64,000 bases of DNA from a virus: IMG/VR virus record IMGVR_UViG_3300032087_002755; one strand, given 5' to 3'. The notes beneath the pieces are model-generated. The model made no database searches. It was not told where the DNA came from and worked only from the letters and a program-made list of their open reading frames with translations. Below, piece by piece: positions 29,697 to 38,400 of this stretch (position 1 is its first letter; each line of letters opens with the position of its first letter). The translations under genes and the position numbers were made by a program.

Positions 29697-30198
29697 TGGT
29701 TGTTCTCTCATTCCAACAAGGAATGTAGAAATCGTATCAAAACCAATAGAGATAGATATCCTTCAACCCGATTTACCACGACCAGTGGATTTGACTGCAC
29801 CTAAATGGTTCGTAGTATCTGAAGCAAAGATTGCTAATCCGTGTAAACAAGTTATGAAACTTGACGAGAATGGTAATCACATTGTTAAAGAAGACGGAAC
29901 ACACCAGTTAACTAGACCAAAAGTTTGTGATAAGTCAGAAACAGAGAATCCCGAGTGGCCAGATGGATACACATATCTCGATAGATTCTTAGACGAAATG
30001 AAAAAACAAAATAATGGTGAAGTGTTGTTTGTTGCAACCACCATTGGTGACTACAAAGTCATGACAGAAGATATGCAAGAATTGAAAAGGTATATCAAAC
30101 AACTTGGAGAAGTTGTAATCTATTATCGTAATGTAACAATGCCTAACGGAGAGAAAGGAGTGGGTGTTGGTGTGAAAAAGAATGACAAAGGAAATTAA
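29647..30198 (+). CDS. o-spanin (Rz1-like lipoprotein)
   Basis: Lipobox LISG-C, Pro-rich segment, overlaps i-spanin. Confidence 0.75.
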   Translation: MTQKNFISLLCLTLLISGCSLIPTRNVEIVSKPIEIDILQPDLPRPVDLTAPKWFVVSEAKIANPCKQVMKLDENGNHIVKEDGTHQLTRPKVCDKSETENPEWPDGYTYLDRFLDEMKKQNNGEVLFVATTIGDYKVMTEDMQELKRYIKQLGEVVIYYRNVTMPNGEKGVGVGVKKNDKGN

Positions 30199-30946
30199 CC
30201 ATACACCTTATAGTCCAATCAGAGGAGTTACAACACCTCTGTTTCCTATTCAAATATTCAGAGGAACATTACCTCTAAATCATGACCAAGTTGCACAATC
30301 AGTTAGAAGTGCAATAGAACCTATCAGAGAATCTATTGAAGAAACCAATATGAATTACACTACTTACTTCAATGGTGAAGTGAGAGAGGAAATGTTTAAA
30401 GAACCATGGTACAAAGATTTCTCAGATATAATAAAAGACACTTATGTCGCATGGTTGTCTGAATACTTTGGTCATGATTTTACTGAAAACTGCAGAGACG
30501 ACATACACCTATTTGCATGGGCAAACCAATATCTCCAACCTAATCATCATGACACACATAACCACCCCGATACAGTAGTCAGTGGAACTTATTATGTCAA
30601 AGTAGATAGAGACAGTCAACCTATCAAATTTCTTAATCCAAATCCAGCAGCTTCAGTGTTTGGTGGTTCAAGACCCAAATCAATAAACCACACGACACTA
30701 CCTCATAATAACATAACAACAACTGGATATGGTATTACTCACCAAGAAGCATTTGTTCACCCAACTGAAGGTGAAGTGTTAATGTGGCCTTCTTACCTAT
30801 ATCATTCAGTTCCCTTTACAGAATCAAAAGACCCAAACTATGAGAGAATATCAATATCTTTTAATTTACACCATAGAGGGATAATCACCAATAATGAAAC
30901 AGGTAGAAATCTTAACTACAAATTTCTAGGAGAATCCAATGGGTAA
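30182..30946 (+). CDS. putative 2OG-Fe(II) oxygenase
   Basis: WAN...HNHP...SGTYY...WPSYLYHSV...RISISFN. Confidence 0.85.
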   Translation: MTKEINHTPYSPIRGVTTPLFPIQIFRGTLPLNHDQVAQSVRSAIEPIRESIEETNMNYTTYFNGEVREEMFKEPWYKDFSDIIKDTYVAWLSEYFGHDFTENCRDDIHLFAWANQYLQPNHHDTHNHPDTVVSGTYYVKVDRDSQPIKFLNPNPAASVFGGSRPKSINHTTLPHNNITTTGYGITHQEAFVHPTEGEVLMWPSYLYHSVPFTESKDPNYERISISFNLHHRGIITNNETGRNLNYKFLGESNG

Positions 30947-31628
30947 AGTATTTGCATATGACGAAAGATTCAAACAATCAGAGAACTGGGACGTATCCTA
31001 TGACGGATTTGCACTAACCATTGACAACTTTTATGAGAATCCCGAAGAGATATATGAATATCTTTTAAATACAGATTATCCATTGTGGAAATACAATCCC
31101 GAAAGAAAAAGTAAAAATGCAATTGAATACAATGATTGCAGAATCATAGATAAAATTGGTCACCCTACAAGATTGTATATAAATGACATGGAAAGAGTTC
31201 TAAATTGTTGTAGAAAACATTGGTGGAAATTTGATTATTCGTTTGATATGCAGTTTGAAGTAAATTGTTTTCAGACTATAACACAATTTGACAATACACT
31301 TCAACACTACCCACATATAGATTCGTCCTTCGACACACCCGACCACCTATCAACACTCAACATGTTAGTTTATCTTGACAAAGAAGAAGACGGTGGAACT
31401 GCAATATATGAAGGAACGTGGATTACTAACAACGAAGCGCAATCACTCCTATATCCAGTTGAAGACGATTTTGTATTGGATAGAGTGATACCTGCGAAAT
31501 TCAATAGGTGTGTCATATTCCCAGGCAATAGGTTGCATGGTGCATATATAAATGACTACAATAAATATACTGGAGACAAGTGGAGATACTCACAAGTGAT
31601 TTTCTTCCACCCACAACAAAATGCCTAA
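30939..31628 (+). CDS. 2OG-Fe(II) oxygenase-like protein
   Basis: IDNFYENP, PHID, LVYL..GGTAIY, FNRCVIF...HGA. Confidence 0.8.
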   Translation: MGKVFAYDERFKQSENWDVSYDGFALTIDNFYENPEEIYEYLLNTDYPLWKYNPERKSKNAIEYNDCRIIDKIGHPTRLYINDMERVLNCCRKHWWKFDYSFDMQFEVNCFQTITQFDNTLQHYPHIDSSFDTPDHLSTLNMLVYLDKEEDGGTAIYEGTWITNNEAQSLLYPVEDDFVLDRVIPAKFNRCVIFPGNRLHGAYINDYNKYTGDKWRYSQVIFFHPQQNA

Positions 31629-32277
31629 CGCAATACCAACACCAACTAATAAACTCGAAGAAGGAAGAGTAAGAGTCATAAGGCCTTTAAAACATCTTGA
31701 GACACCACCTACACTCATAATGATTGCAGAAGAAGCATTAAGTAAAGACGATTGTGATATCATTATTAATGAACATGCAAGTACAGTAGAAGCAAAAGTA
31801 AGTGTTGGTGACGGGAATGTTGTCACTCCACATAAAAAAGAACTGTTAAACAATCATATGCCATGGAAGTATGACTTGAATGGAATTAAGATAACAGTCG
31901 TTCCACAAGAAACAAATGCATTTAATATCATAACAGAAATCGTTGACCCATTCCTACCAAAGAATGACGACTATGGAATGATTTCATATATGACCATACA
32001 GGAATATCCACAAGGAACATTCTTTGCAACTCATAAGGACGATGCAGAGTCAAACGATAGTGCAACAGTAATATTCACACTCAATGAAGAATTTGAGGGT
32101 GGACAATTTCATATTAAAGGACATACAATTGCACAACGTAGAGGTTCTATGGTTTCATTTAATAATAACACTGAAGTATTTCATAGTGTAGACCCCATAC
32201 TCAGAGGTACGAGATTTGCACTTTGTATATGGTTTTGTCCGTTTGAGGAACTAGACGATGCAGAGTCACAAGTGTAG
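31621..32277 (+). CDS. prolyl-4-hydroxylase-like 2OG-Fe(II) oxygenase
   Basis: YPQG.FF.THKD, LNEEFEGG, HSVDPI..GTRF. Confidence 0.85.
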   Translation: MPNAIPTPTNKLEEGRVRVIRPLKHLETPPTLIMIAEEALSKDDCDIIINEHASTVEAKVSVGDGNVVTPHKKELLNNHMPWKYDLNGIKITVVPQETNAFNIITEIVDPFLPKNDDYGMISYMTIQEYPQGTFFATHKDDAESNDSATVIFTLNEEFEGGQFHIKGHTIAQRRGSMVSFNNNTEVFHSVDPILRGTRFALCIWFCPFEELDDAESQV

Positions 32278-32407
32278 TGTTTGTCATAAAACAGTAAAAA
32301 TGGAAGACATAAAATATCATACACCAGTAACAAAACCACCAGTGCATATATTTTGTGGGCCAGAATGTAGTTTAAAATATCATATGGAGAAAAGTGATGC
32401 CAGTTAA
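32258..32407 (+). CDS. small zinc-finger protein (49 aa, TRASH/FCS-like)
   Basis: SD GAGG; CSVC...IFCGPECS. Confidence 0.6.
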   Translation: MQSHKCSVCHKTVKMEDIKYHTPVTKPPVHIFCGPECSLKYHMEKSDAS

Positions 32408-32636
32408 ATTTGGAAAAACAACTAAACAAGTTGAAAGGGGAACTAAAAAAGTTACAATAGTTCACGAATACATGAAGTGTCAATCAAATAAGACACTTAT
32501 CGATGCATTCAATAAAGAGGGGACAAGACCTAAACTTAAACGTAAGATTAATGTCGAAATTGATAGACGTAATAAGTTAGGATTGTCAAATATAATATTT
32601 ACACGTGAGGAGAAATCAAATGGCATTTTGGGATAA
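32397..32636 (+). CDS. hypothetical basic protein
   Basis: SD GGAG; ORF track. Confidence 0.65.
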   Translation: MPVKFGKTTKQVERGTKKVTIVHEYMKCQSNKTLIDAFNKEGTRPKLKRKINVEIDRRNKLGLSNIIFTREEKSNGILG

Positions 32637-32784
32637 ATTTACCGATTGGTTAGGTTTCGAATGGGTCAGAGCAAGAGACGAGAAAGGTCGTTTTGTTGCA
32701 GATGACAAGTCAACACCTAATATAGACGAATCAAAGAAAAAAGTCTACAAGTCAAAAACAACCAAAAAATCTAAAAAGAAATAA
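32620..32784 (+). CDS. small basic protein (54 aa)
   Basis: SD GAGGAG; RARDEKGRFVADDKSTP; Lys-rich tail. Confidence 0.65.
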   Translation: MAFWDKFTDWLGFEWVRARDEKGRFVADDKSTPNIDESKKKVYKSKTTKKSKKK

Positions 32785-32790
32785 TTTACT

Positions 32791-32866
32791 GGGGCATTAG
32801 TTCAGTTGGGAGAACGCCTGCTTTGCAAGCAGGAGGTCATCAGTTCGATTCTGATATGCTCCACCA
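32791..32866 (+). tRNA. tRNA-Ala(TGC)
   Basis: Acceptor GGGGCAT/ATGCTCC with G3:U70; anticodon arm CCTGC-TTTGCAA-GCAGG; T-loop TTCGATT; encoded CCA. Confidence 0.95.
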
Positions 32867-32904
32867 GTTCGAGTCTTAAGACTTGAACTATACTAAATAC
32901 TAAT

Positions 32905-33522
32905 ATGAAATACTATTATACATATCGAGTTTTATTTAATAATGGTGACTATTACTTAGGCCAACACATTACTGATAATTTAGAAGATGGTTATACAGGT
33001 AGTGGAAAGAAACTCAATGAGAGAACAGACCCTTTCACATTTGATATACTAGAATACTACAATTCAGCAAAAGAATTAAACATTGCAGAGGCTGAGTTGA
33101 TTGGTGATTTATGGTATACAGACCCCAAGTGTCTCAATATGAAAGAAGGTGGTGTTGGTGGTTGGACTGCAGTTAATAAGACTTTAGATAGGTCTTATAT
33201 GTTGACTGAAGAGTATCGTGAGAAAAGGAGACAAATTGCAGAAAGATTACATAAGGAAGGTAAAATCAAGTCATTCACAAAAGAAGCATCTCTTAAAGGA
33301 CTTCTTAGAACGAGAGAACTATATCCACAAGGAACATTCCTAGGTAAGACACATACTGAAGAGACTAAGAAGAAGATTGGTCTGAATAGTGCAAAACACA
33401 TGAAAGGTGAAGGCAATCCACAATATGGTAAAATGTGGATAACCAATGAACAGGAATCTACAAGAATCAATAAGGGTGAATCTATACCCGAAGGTTGGAG
33501 AAAAGGACGAGTTATCATATAG
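32905..33522 (+). CDS. free-standing GIY-YIG/Seg-like homing endonuclease with NUMOD3-like repeat
   Basis: YYTY...YYLGQH...GYTGSG, NMKEGG, GKTHTEETKKKI, GNPQYGKMWITN, PEGWRKGR. Confidence 0.85.
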   Translation: MKYYYTYRVLFNNGDYYLGQHITDNLEDGYTGSGKKLNERTDPFTFDILEYYNSAKELNIAEAELIGDLWYTDPKCLNMKEGGVGGWTAVNKTLDRSYMLTEEYREKRRQIAERLHKEGKIKSFTKEASLKGLLRTRELYPQGTFLGKTHTEETKKKIGLNSAKHMKGEGNPQYGKMWITNEQESTRINKGESIPEGWRKGRVII

Positions 33523-33611
33523 GTGGGGTGGCAGAGTGGTTGAATGCACTGGTCTTGAAAACCAGCAAACTCGAAAGGGTTTCGTGGGTTCAAATCCCAC
33601 CCCCACCGCCA
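33522..33611 (+). tRNA. tRNA-Ser(TGA)
   Basis: Acceptor GGTGGGG/CCCCACC, G73, CCA; anticodon arm CTGGT-CTTGAAA-ACCAG; long variable arm; T-loop TTCAAAT. Confidence 0.95.
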
Positions 33612-33680
33612 TTTTCATAAAACCCTCTTATCAGATTCATTGATATGGGGTATAATAGAAGGTTAAAGGAGGTATATTAC

Positions 33681-34286
33681 ATGAAAAATATACTATTAGG
33701 ACTATTAGTCCTATCAACTACATTTGCATATGCAGATGTGAACGGAAGCATAGGTTACTCAAGTGACTATATGTGGAGAGGTGTCAGTCAATCGGCAGGT
33801 GCATCATCATTAAACGCAGGTATCGAATTGGATTCTAATGGATTCTTTGTTGGTGCATGGGTAGGTGAGGTGGACTTCGGTGACGAAGCAACTCAAGAGA
33901 GAGACCTATATGCTGGATATAATCTAAACGTTACAGATAGTTTAGATGTCACATTAGGTATAATCCAATATCGTTATGATAAAGGAGATTACGAAACCAT
34001 TGAAGAGGGATTTGTAAAGGTTGGATATAACAATCTAAACGTTGCATATTACTTGGATACGGATACAGAGGACGACTATGTACACCTACAATATAGATTG
34101 TGGTTCATTGACGCACTTGACGTATCTCTCGGATACGGATACCATGATGAAGATAATGATTTTTCAGCATTGTTATTGTCCAAAACATTTAATGACTTTA
34201 CACTAGGTGCATTAGTTATGTTAGACGAAGCGTTTGAAAATCAAACAACAGATTCAGTATCTTTTCACTTAACTTATAATTTTTAA
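33681..34286 (+). CDS. outer-membrane beta-barrel, TorF-family putative porin
   Basis: SD AGGAGG; signal peptide ...AYA; SDYMWRGVSQS; ERDLYAGY; terminal YNF beta-signal. Confidence 0.85.
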   Translation: MKNILLGLLVLSTTFAYADVNGSIGYSSDYMWRGVSQSAGASSLNAGIELDSNGFFVGAWVGEVDFGDEATQERDLYAGYNLNVTDSLDVTLGIIQYRYDKGDYETIEEGFVKVGYNNLNVAYYLDTDTEDDYVHLQYRLWFIDALDVSLGYGYHDEDNDFSALLLSKTFNDFTLGALVMLDEAFENQTTDSVSFHLTYNF

Positions 34287-34289
34287 GTT

Positions 34290-35018
34290 ATGTGGGGACT
34301 CAGACATAAAGAGAGTGGTGAAATACGTGCTTTCTTTATGCATTGTCCCAAGACCTCGGGTACACGAATCCTTAGATACGTATCAAAAACATACGGTGAC
34401 GAATATGAATTCAAAGCCATTGATACAATGTACAGAGAGGATAGTGTACTCCAACGGTCTATAGGTGAACGACAACTCATCTTACCCAAATCACCAGTGG
34501 AGAATCATTCCCACTTAACACTTGGACAAGCATTCTACATGTATCCAAATTTAAAATCGTACATTGAGAGAAAAAACATAGACGTTTTTACCATGGTACG
34601 TAATCCATACGATAGATTTGTATCGTGTGTAAGATTCATTCCAAATTTAATGATTAGTGATTTTGATAATCTTGGTCAGAGTGCAGTAGACAGATTGAGT
34701 CTAAACGATTTCAATTACTATTACACTACACTTGCACTACAACCACAATATCTCTATTCCTATGCAGACGAGTCAGACACAAAACCTTATGCACGGATTA
34801 TTCATTTAGAAAAGGTGACTGGAACTAAATACGAAGTTACGAATGGAATAGAAGTTGACTTTACAGAAAAGACATGGACTAACGAACATGCAAGACAAGA
34901 GATTAGTGAGAATACAAGACATGTACCTTATTGGATTCCAAAATTTGAACTAGACGAAGGTACACGTAAGTTCGTAGAATGGTTTTATGCAGAAGACTTC
35001 AAAAGAATTGGGTATTAG
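34290..35018 (+). CDS. sulfotransferase family protein
   Basis: FMHCPKTSGT, VRNPYDRFVS, FYAEDFKRIGY. Confidence 0.8.
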   Translation: MWGLRHKESGEIRAFFMHCPKTSGTRILRYVSKTYGDEYEFKAIDTMYREDSVLQRSIGERQLILPKSPVENHSHLTLGQAFYMYPNLKSYIERKNIDVFTMVRNPYDRFVSCVRFIPNLMISDFDNLGQSAVDRLSLNDFNYYYTTLALQPQYLYSYADESDTKPYARIIHLEKVTGTKYEVTNGIEVDFTEKTWTNEHARQEISENTRHVPYWIPKFELDEGTRKFVEWFYAEDFKRIGY

Positions 35019-35060
35019 AATTATAGGTCAGTTAGGTAAACTTTTACTATAAATATATGT

Positions 35061-35510
35061 ATGACTCATAAACATCACATAATACCAAAACACATGGGTG
35101 GAACAGACGACCCTTCTAATCTAATTACATTGACAGTAGAAGAACATGCACTTGCACATAAGAAAATATATGAAGAACATGGAAAAAGAGAAGACTACCT
35201 TGCATGGAAAGCTCTCAGTAAACAAATAGGCAATGAGGAGATATGGTTAAGAAGGTCTTCAATAGGTGGAAGAAATAATATGGGTAAACCCAAATCAGAA
35301 GAACATAGAAAGAAATTATCTAAATCAGTCAGTAAATACTTGACAGGTAAATACAAAGAAGGTGGTCATGGTGAGGAATTGAAACGAAAGATATCCGAAA
35401 GTATGAAAGGTAACACCAATTCTAAGAACCACTCCTCTGAAGAATATAAAAGAAAACAATCCCTTGCAATGAAAAAGGCATGGGAGAAGAGAAAACAGAA
35501 GCTGGATTAG
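35061..35510 (+). CDS. free-standing HNH homing endonuclease with NUMOD3-like repeats
   Basis: HKHHIIPKHMGGTDDPSNL..LTVEEHALAH; KSEEHRKKLS-type repeats. Confidence 0.88.
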   Translation: MTHKHHIIPKHMGGTDDPSNLITLTVEEHALAHKKIYEEHGKREDYLAWKALSKQIGNEEIWLRRSSIGGRNNMGKPKSEEHRKKLSKSVSKYLTGKYKEGGHGEELKRKISESMKGNTNSKNHSSEEYKRKQSLAMKKAWEKRKQKLD

Positions 35511-35575
35511 TTAAATCAGTATAACAATTGACTTGTAATCATTAGTAAGGGGAGCATAACCTCTATCCAGCACCA
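35501..35575 (+). tRNA. tRNA-Thr(TGT) with atypical D- and T-loops
   Basis: Acceptor GCTGGAT/ATCCAGC + ACCA; D-stem GTTA/TAAC; anticodon loop CTTGTAA; T-stem AGGGG/CCTCT with loop AGCATAA. Confidence 0.8.
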
Positions 35576-35581
35576 TATACA

Positions 35582-35617
35582 GGGGGGTTGACAATGACTC
35601 CCCTTTTTTCGTATAAT
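35582..35617 (+). promoter_or_regulatory. overlapping terminator hairpin and early promoter
   Basis: GGGGGGTT-GACAAT-GACTCCCC-TTTTTT contains TTGACA(35588)-N18-TATAAT(35612). Confidence 0.7.
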
Positions 35618-35623
35618 AATAGA

Positions 35624-35918
35624 GTAGGAAATCGAGACGGAAGTTAGTTGGTTGTGAGAGGTTGTTCCGTATAGATAAGGTGTTCCACAATGTTAAAGTC
35701 AAATAAGACGTGGCATATAATCGTGAGTTGTGGAAGGAAACCGAACAGAGAAGCACTTGAAATCTTTGACGAATTGGAATAGTGTGGTAAACGAATTTCC
35801 GTATGGTCACTACCTATTGACCTTAATAAAATTGGGGTAAGGCCTCACTAGAAGGACACGGTGTAAAGAATTGGGTATTAAAACCCAAGACATTGAACGA
35901 TTGTAGTCAAATAACAAA
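35624..35918 (+). ncRNA. candidate structured ncRNA in tRNA cluster
   Basis: ~300 nt with no + strand ORF, upstream promoter, several stems. Confidence 0.45.
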
Positions 35919-35922
35919 AGTC

Positions 35923-35997
35923 GGTCTGTTAGTATATCGGTGAGTATGCCTCCCTGTCACGGAGGAGAGAGGGGTTCGATTCCCCTACAGACCGCCA
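35923..35997 (+). tRNA. tRNA-Asp(GTC)
   Basis: Acceptor GGTCTGT/ACAGACC, G73, CCA; anticodon arm CCTCC-CTGTCAC-GGAGG; T-loop TTCGATT. Confidence 0.95.
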
Positions 35998-36126
35998 ACT
36001 TTCAATTGTTATAAATAATATTGTTACACAATTGTAACATAACTGAAACATTTAAGATACAAGAGTAAGTAGCCATATAGGTGAAGTCCAGTTGTCGGAT
36101 AGTTTCTAACATAACAGGAGATAAAA

Positions 36127-36237
36127 ATGCGTAAATTAGCATCATTGTCTGCCTCGTATCTTAGGACACAAGCAGACAAATTCAATAAGTTAATGAAATC
36201 GGGACGACTTAATAAAGTAGTCAAATTAGTTTCATAA
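36127..36237 (+). CDS. small basic peptide (36 aa)
   Basis: SD AGGAG; MRKLASLSASYLRTQADKFNKLMKSGRLNKVVKLVS. Confidence 0.55.
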   Translation: MRKLASLSASYLRTQADKFNKLMKSGRLNKVVKLVS

Positions 36238-36242
36238 TCCAC

Positions 36243-36271
36243 TTGACAGAAACCCATGTATCGAGTATACT
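36243..36271 (+). promoter_or_regulatory. early promoter (ATG 6 nt after -10)
   Basis: TTGACA-N17-TATACT. Confidence 0.75.
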
Positions 36272-36277
36272 TAATAC

Positions 36278-36616
36278 ATGGGTTTTTTAAATCTTAGTTC
36301 TAGTATTCGTTATTCCCCACATGGGAAAAAACGTAAGACGAATGCATTTAACAGACCAAAAAAATCCACTAAATATAAACAACTAATTGCAGAACAACAA
36401 AAACTTTATGACCAAGTGATGCAAGAGGTTGAAGATACGATTCCAAGTTGGGTAGGAACACATACAGGTGATATCACACCACGTAAAGAGCCTATGCAAT
36501 ACACTGGGGAACGTAAATTATTAGGAATCGCAACCATGCATAAATCGAACATGGTTCCTATCTTCGAAGAGGATAAAGAACATGCAATCGATATTGCACG
36601 AATGCGAAGAAGTTAA
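36278..36616 (+). CDS. hypothetical protein
   Basis: YTGERKLLGIATMHKSNMVP motif. Confidence 0.75.
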   Translation: MGFLNLSSSIRYSPHGKKRKTNAFNRPKKSTKYKQLIAEQQKLYDQVMQEVEDTIPSWVGTHTGDITPRKEPMQYTGERKLLGIATMHKSNMVPIFEEDKEHAIDIARMRRS

Positions 36617-36645
36617 TATATTATAAATCTATAGGAGATTATATT

Positions 36646-37539
36646 ATGCCAATGCAAATGGTAGTTGTCAAAACAAAAGACAACGGTGTTACAGGAGAAG
36701 AAGTTAATCAATTCTTCAGAAGGACTCAACGTCAAAGAATATTGCGACCGAATGAAGACGGAATCGCATTATATAAATTTCATGTTTATACAGACGACCC
36801 AACAGGAATAGAAGAAAGGGACGAGATTAATATTATACCTTTCTTTGCACGTGAGAGTGACGTTATTACGGATTCTGCATATCGTAAACTGGATTTATTT
36901 AATTTTTCCAATTTCGGTGAAGGAACCAAGACATGTATTGTTGACCCAAGGTTAGTGTTCAAAGACTTTTCACTCGCGGAACTTGCAAGTGGTATTCCCG
37001 ACGCTGGTACAACCCACGAAACACACCATACCTTCACACCCGAAGAAACTCAAGAAATTGCAGATAATAAAACAACCTTTATTCAACAAGCACACGCATG
37101 GTGGGACGGAACACCAACAACCTATCACCATTCGTTACTCATGTTTGTCCAAGGGGGTTGGGAATGGTTATTAACAGAATTTGCAAAAGACCCCGAAGGA
37201 ATTCAAAGTACCTACCCTGGCGAGGAAGGATTTCAGACATGGTTAGAGACGTTATTAGAAGACCCTAGACTCAAAGAAATCCCTATTACCTATGGTGCAT
37301 TAGCAGAATACACCCCACATGACAGGGTTAAAAATACCCTATTGAATGACGAATTCGAAACCAAAGTACGTGGTACATGGGGTGACAACTTCCGTATGGG
37401 TGGTGACGAGGAAGCACTATTGTTTGAATTTGACCATGAATATCGTGACTTATCCAAACACTGTTCTTTTTTATATTTGAATCAACCACATGGGGAAGAC
37501 GCACGTGAAGACGAGTGGTTAGACCTATGGATTTTATAA
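36646..37539 (+). CDS. hypothetical protein, weakly glycosyltransferase-like
   Basis: SD AGGAG; FHVYTDDPTGI...YRKLDLF resembles phage GT-A proteins, but no clear DxD. Confidence 0.55.
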   Translation: MPMQMVVVKTKDNGVTGEEVNQFFRRTQRQRILRPNEDGIALYKFHVYTDDPTGIEERDEINIIPFFARESDVITDSAYRKLDLFNFSNFGEGTKTCIVDPRLVFKDFSLAELASGIPDAGTTHETHHTFTPEETQEIADNKTTFIQQAHAWWDGTPTTYHHSLLMFVQGGWEWLLTEFAKDPEGIQSTYPGEEGFQTWLETLLEDPRLKEIPITYGALAEYTPHDRVKNTLLNDEFETKVRGTWGDNFRMGGDEEALLFEFDHEYRDLSKHCSFLYLNQPHGEDAREDEWLDLWIL

Positions 37540-38183
37540 AAGACCCACGTTTTTTATATAATATTCCACAATTTTTATCACCCAAAGATTGTGACCATAT
37601 CCAAGAGTATATTCACTTCATAGAGGGGGATATACTCAAGGGTGTCGACCCCAAAGAAAACGACTACAGCGGGTTAACCAATAGACACGGTTCTTATAAC
37701 TTCTTTGAACAAGTCGACAGAGACCTCGATATCCCACTACCCACACTCATACGAGACTTGGTCTATGACTTTTTCCCTAACGAAGACACTGACGAGATTT
37801 GGGTCAAGAGTTGGGCCAATAAACTCTATGAAGGTGAACACTTACCCTTACACTACCATGGTGTAGACTTCGAGACCGACCCACATACGTTTATCTCAGG
37901 CAACATATTCCTATCAAACAACAAATACGACTGGTACACACACTACGCGACCTACGGCAATATAATCAACGAACAAGGTACATTATCCCTTATCTCCAGC
38001 TATCTAGAACATGGTGTTCCCCATAACCCAGTCCCTTACCACAGATATTCCACTGCGTTTGACGTATGGTTCACAAAACCCGAAGACGAAGATATAACAC
38101 ATATGACCTATTGGAACAAACACGCGACCTTCGGTGGTAAGACACACTTTATCCAACCCAAAGACCTAAAGAATAATGAGTAA
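37527..38183 (+). CDS. 2OG-Fe(II) oxygenase-like protein
   Basis: SWANKL..GEHLPLHYH, ISGNIFL, SYLEHGV, RYSTAFD. Confidence 0.75.
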   Translation: MDFIKDPRFLYNIPQFLSPKDCDHIQEYIHFIEGDILKGVDPKENDYSGLTNRHGSYNFFEQVDRDLDIPLPTLIRDLVYDFFPNEDTDEIWVKSWANKLYEGEHLPLHYHGVDFETDPHTFISGNIFLSNNKYDWYTHYATYGNIINEQGTLSLISSYLEHGVPHNPVPYHRYSTAFDVWFTKPEDEDITHMTYWNKHATFGGKTHFIQPKDLKNNE

Positions 38184-38400
38184 ATCCTCACGTGCAATCC
38201 ATAAAGAGACTGCGACCACGGTATTCACAGGGTTACTTATCAACTATCCACTGAATCTCATAGGGTTGTATATACTCATAGATAGACTCGAATGGTCTAA
38301 TAGTCTACACATAGGGACTACAATCACTGCATATATGACCTTTATTGCGTATACACGGGTCTATATCATACGCAGATACTTCTCTAAAACCACTCTGTAG
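38176..38400 (+). CDS. small membrane protein
   Basis: Two hydrophobic helices; YIIRRYF end. Confidence 0.7.
   Translation: MSKSSRAIHKETATTVFTGLLINYPLNLIGLYILIDRLEWSNSLHIGTTITAYMTFIAYTRVYIIRRYFSKTTL

Noticed and set aside
32258-32407. Apparent frameshift in the small zinc-finger ORF
   Set aside because: On re-reading, the frame is intact (CAT AAA ACA GTA)
35624-36112. tmRNA, RNase P RNA or glutamine (glnA-type) riboswitch
   Set aside because: No tmRNA tRNA-like ends and no RNase P P4 signature; only short fragments (GACGGAAG, AGUA/GAA) resemble glnA RNA, which is not enough for a call
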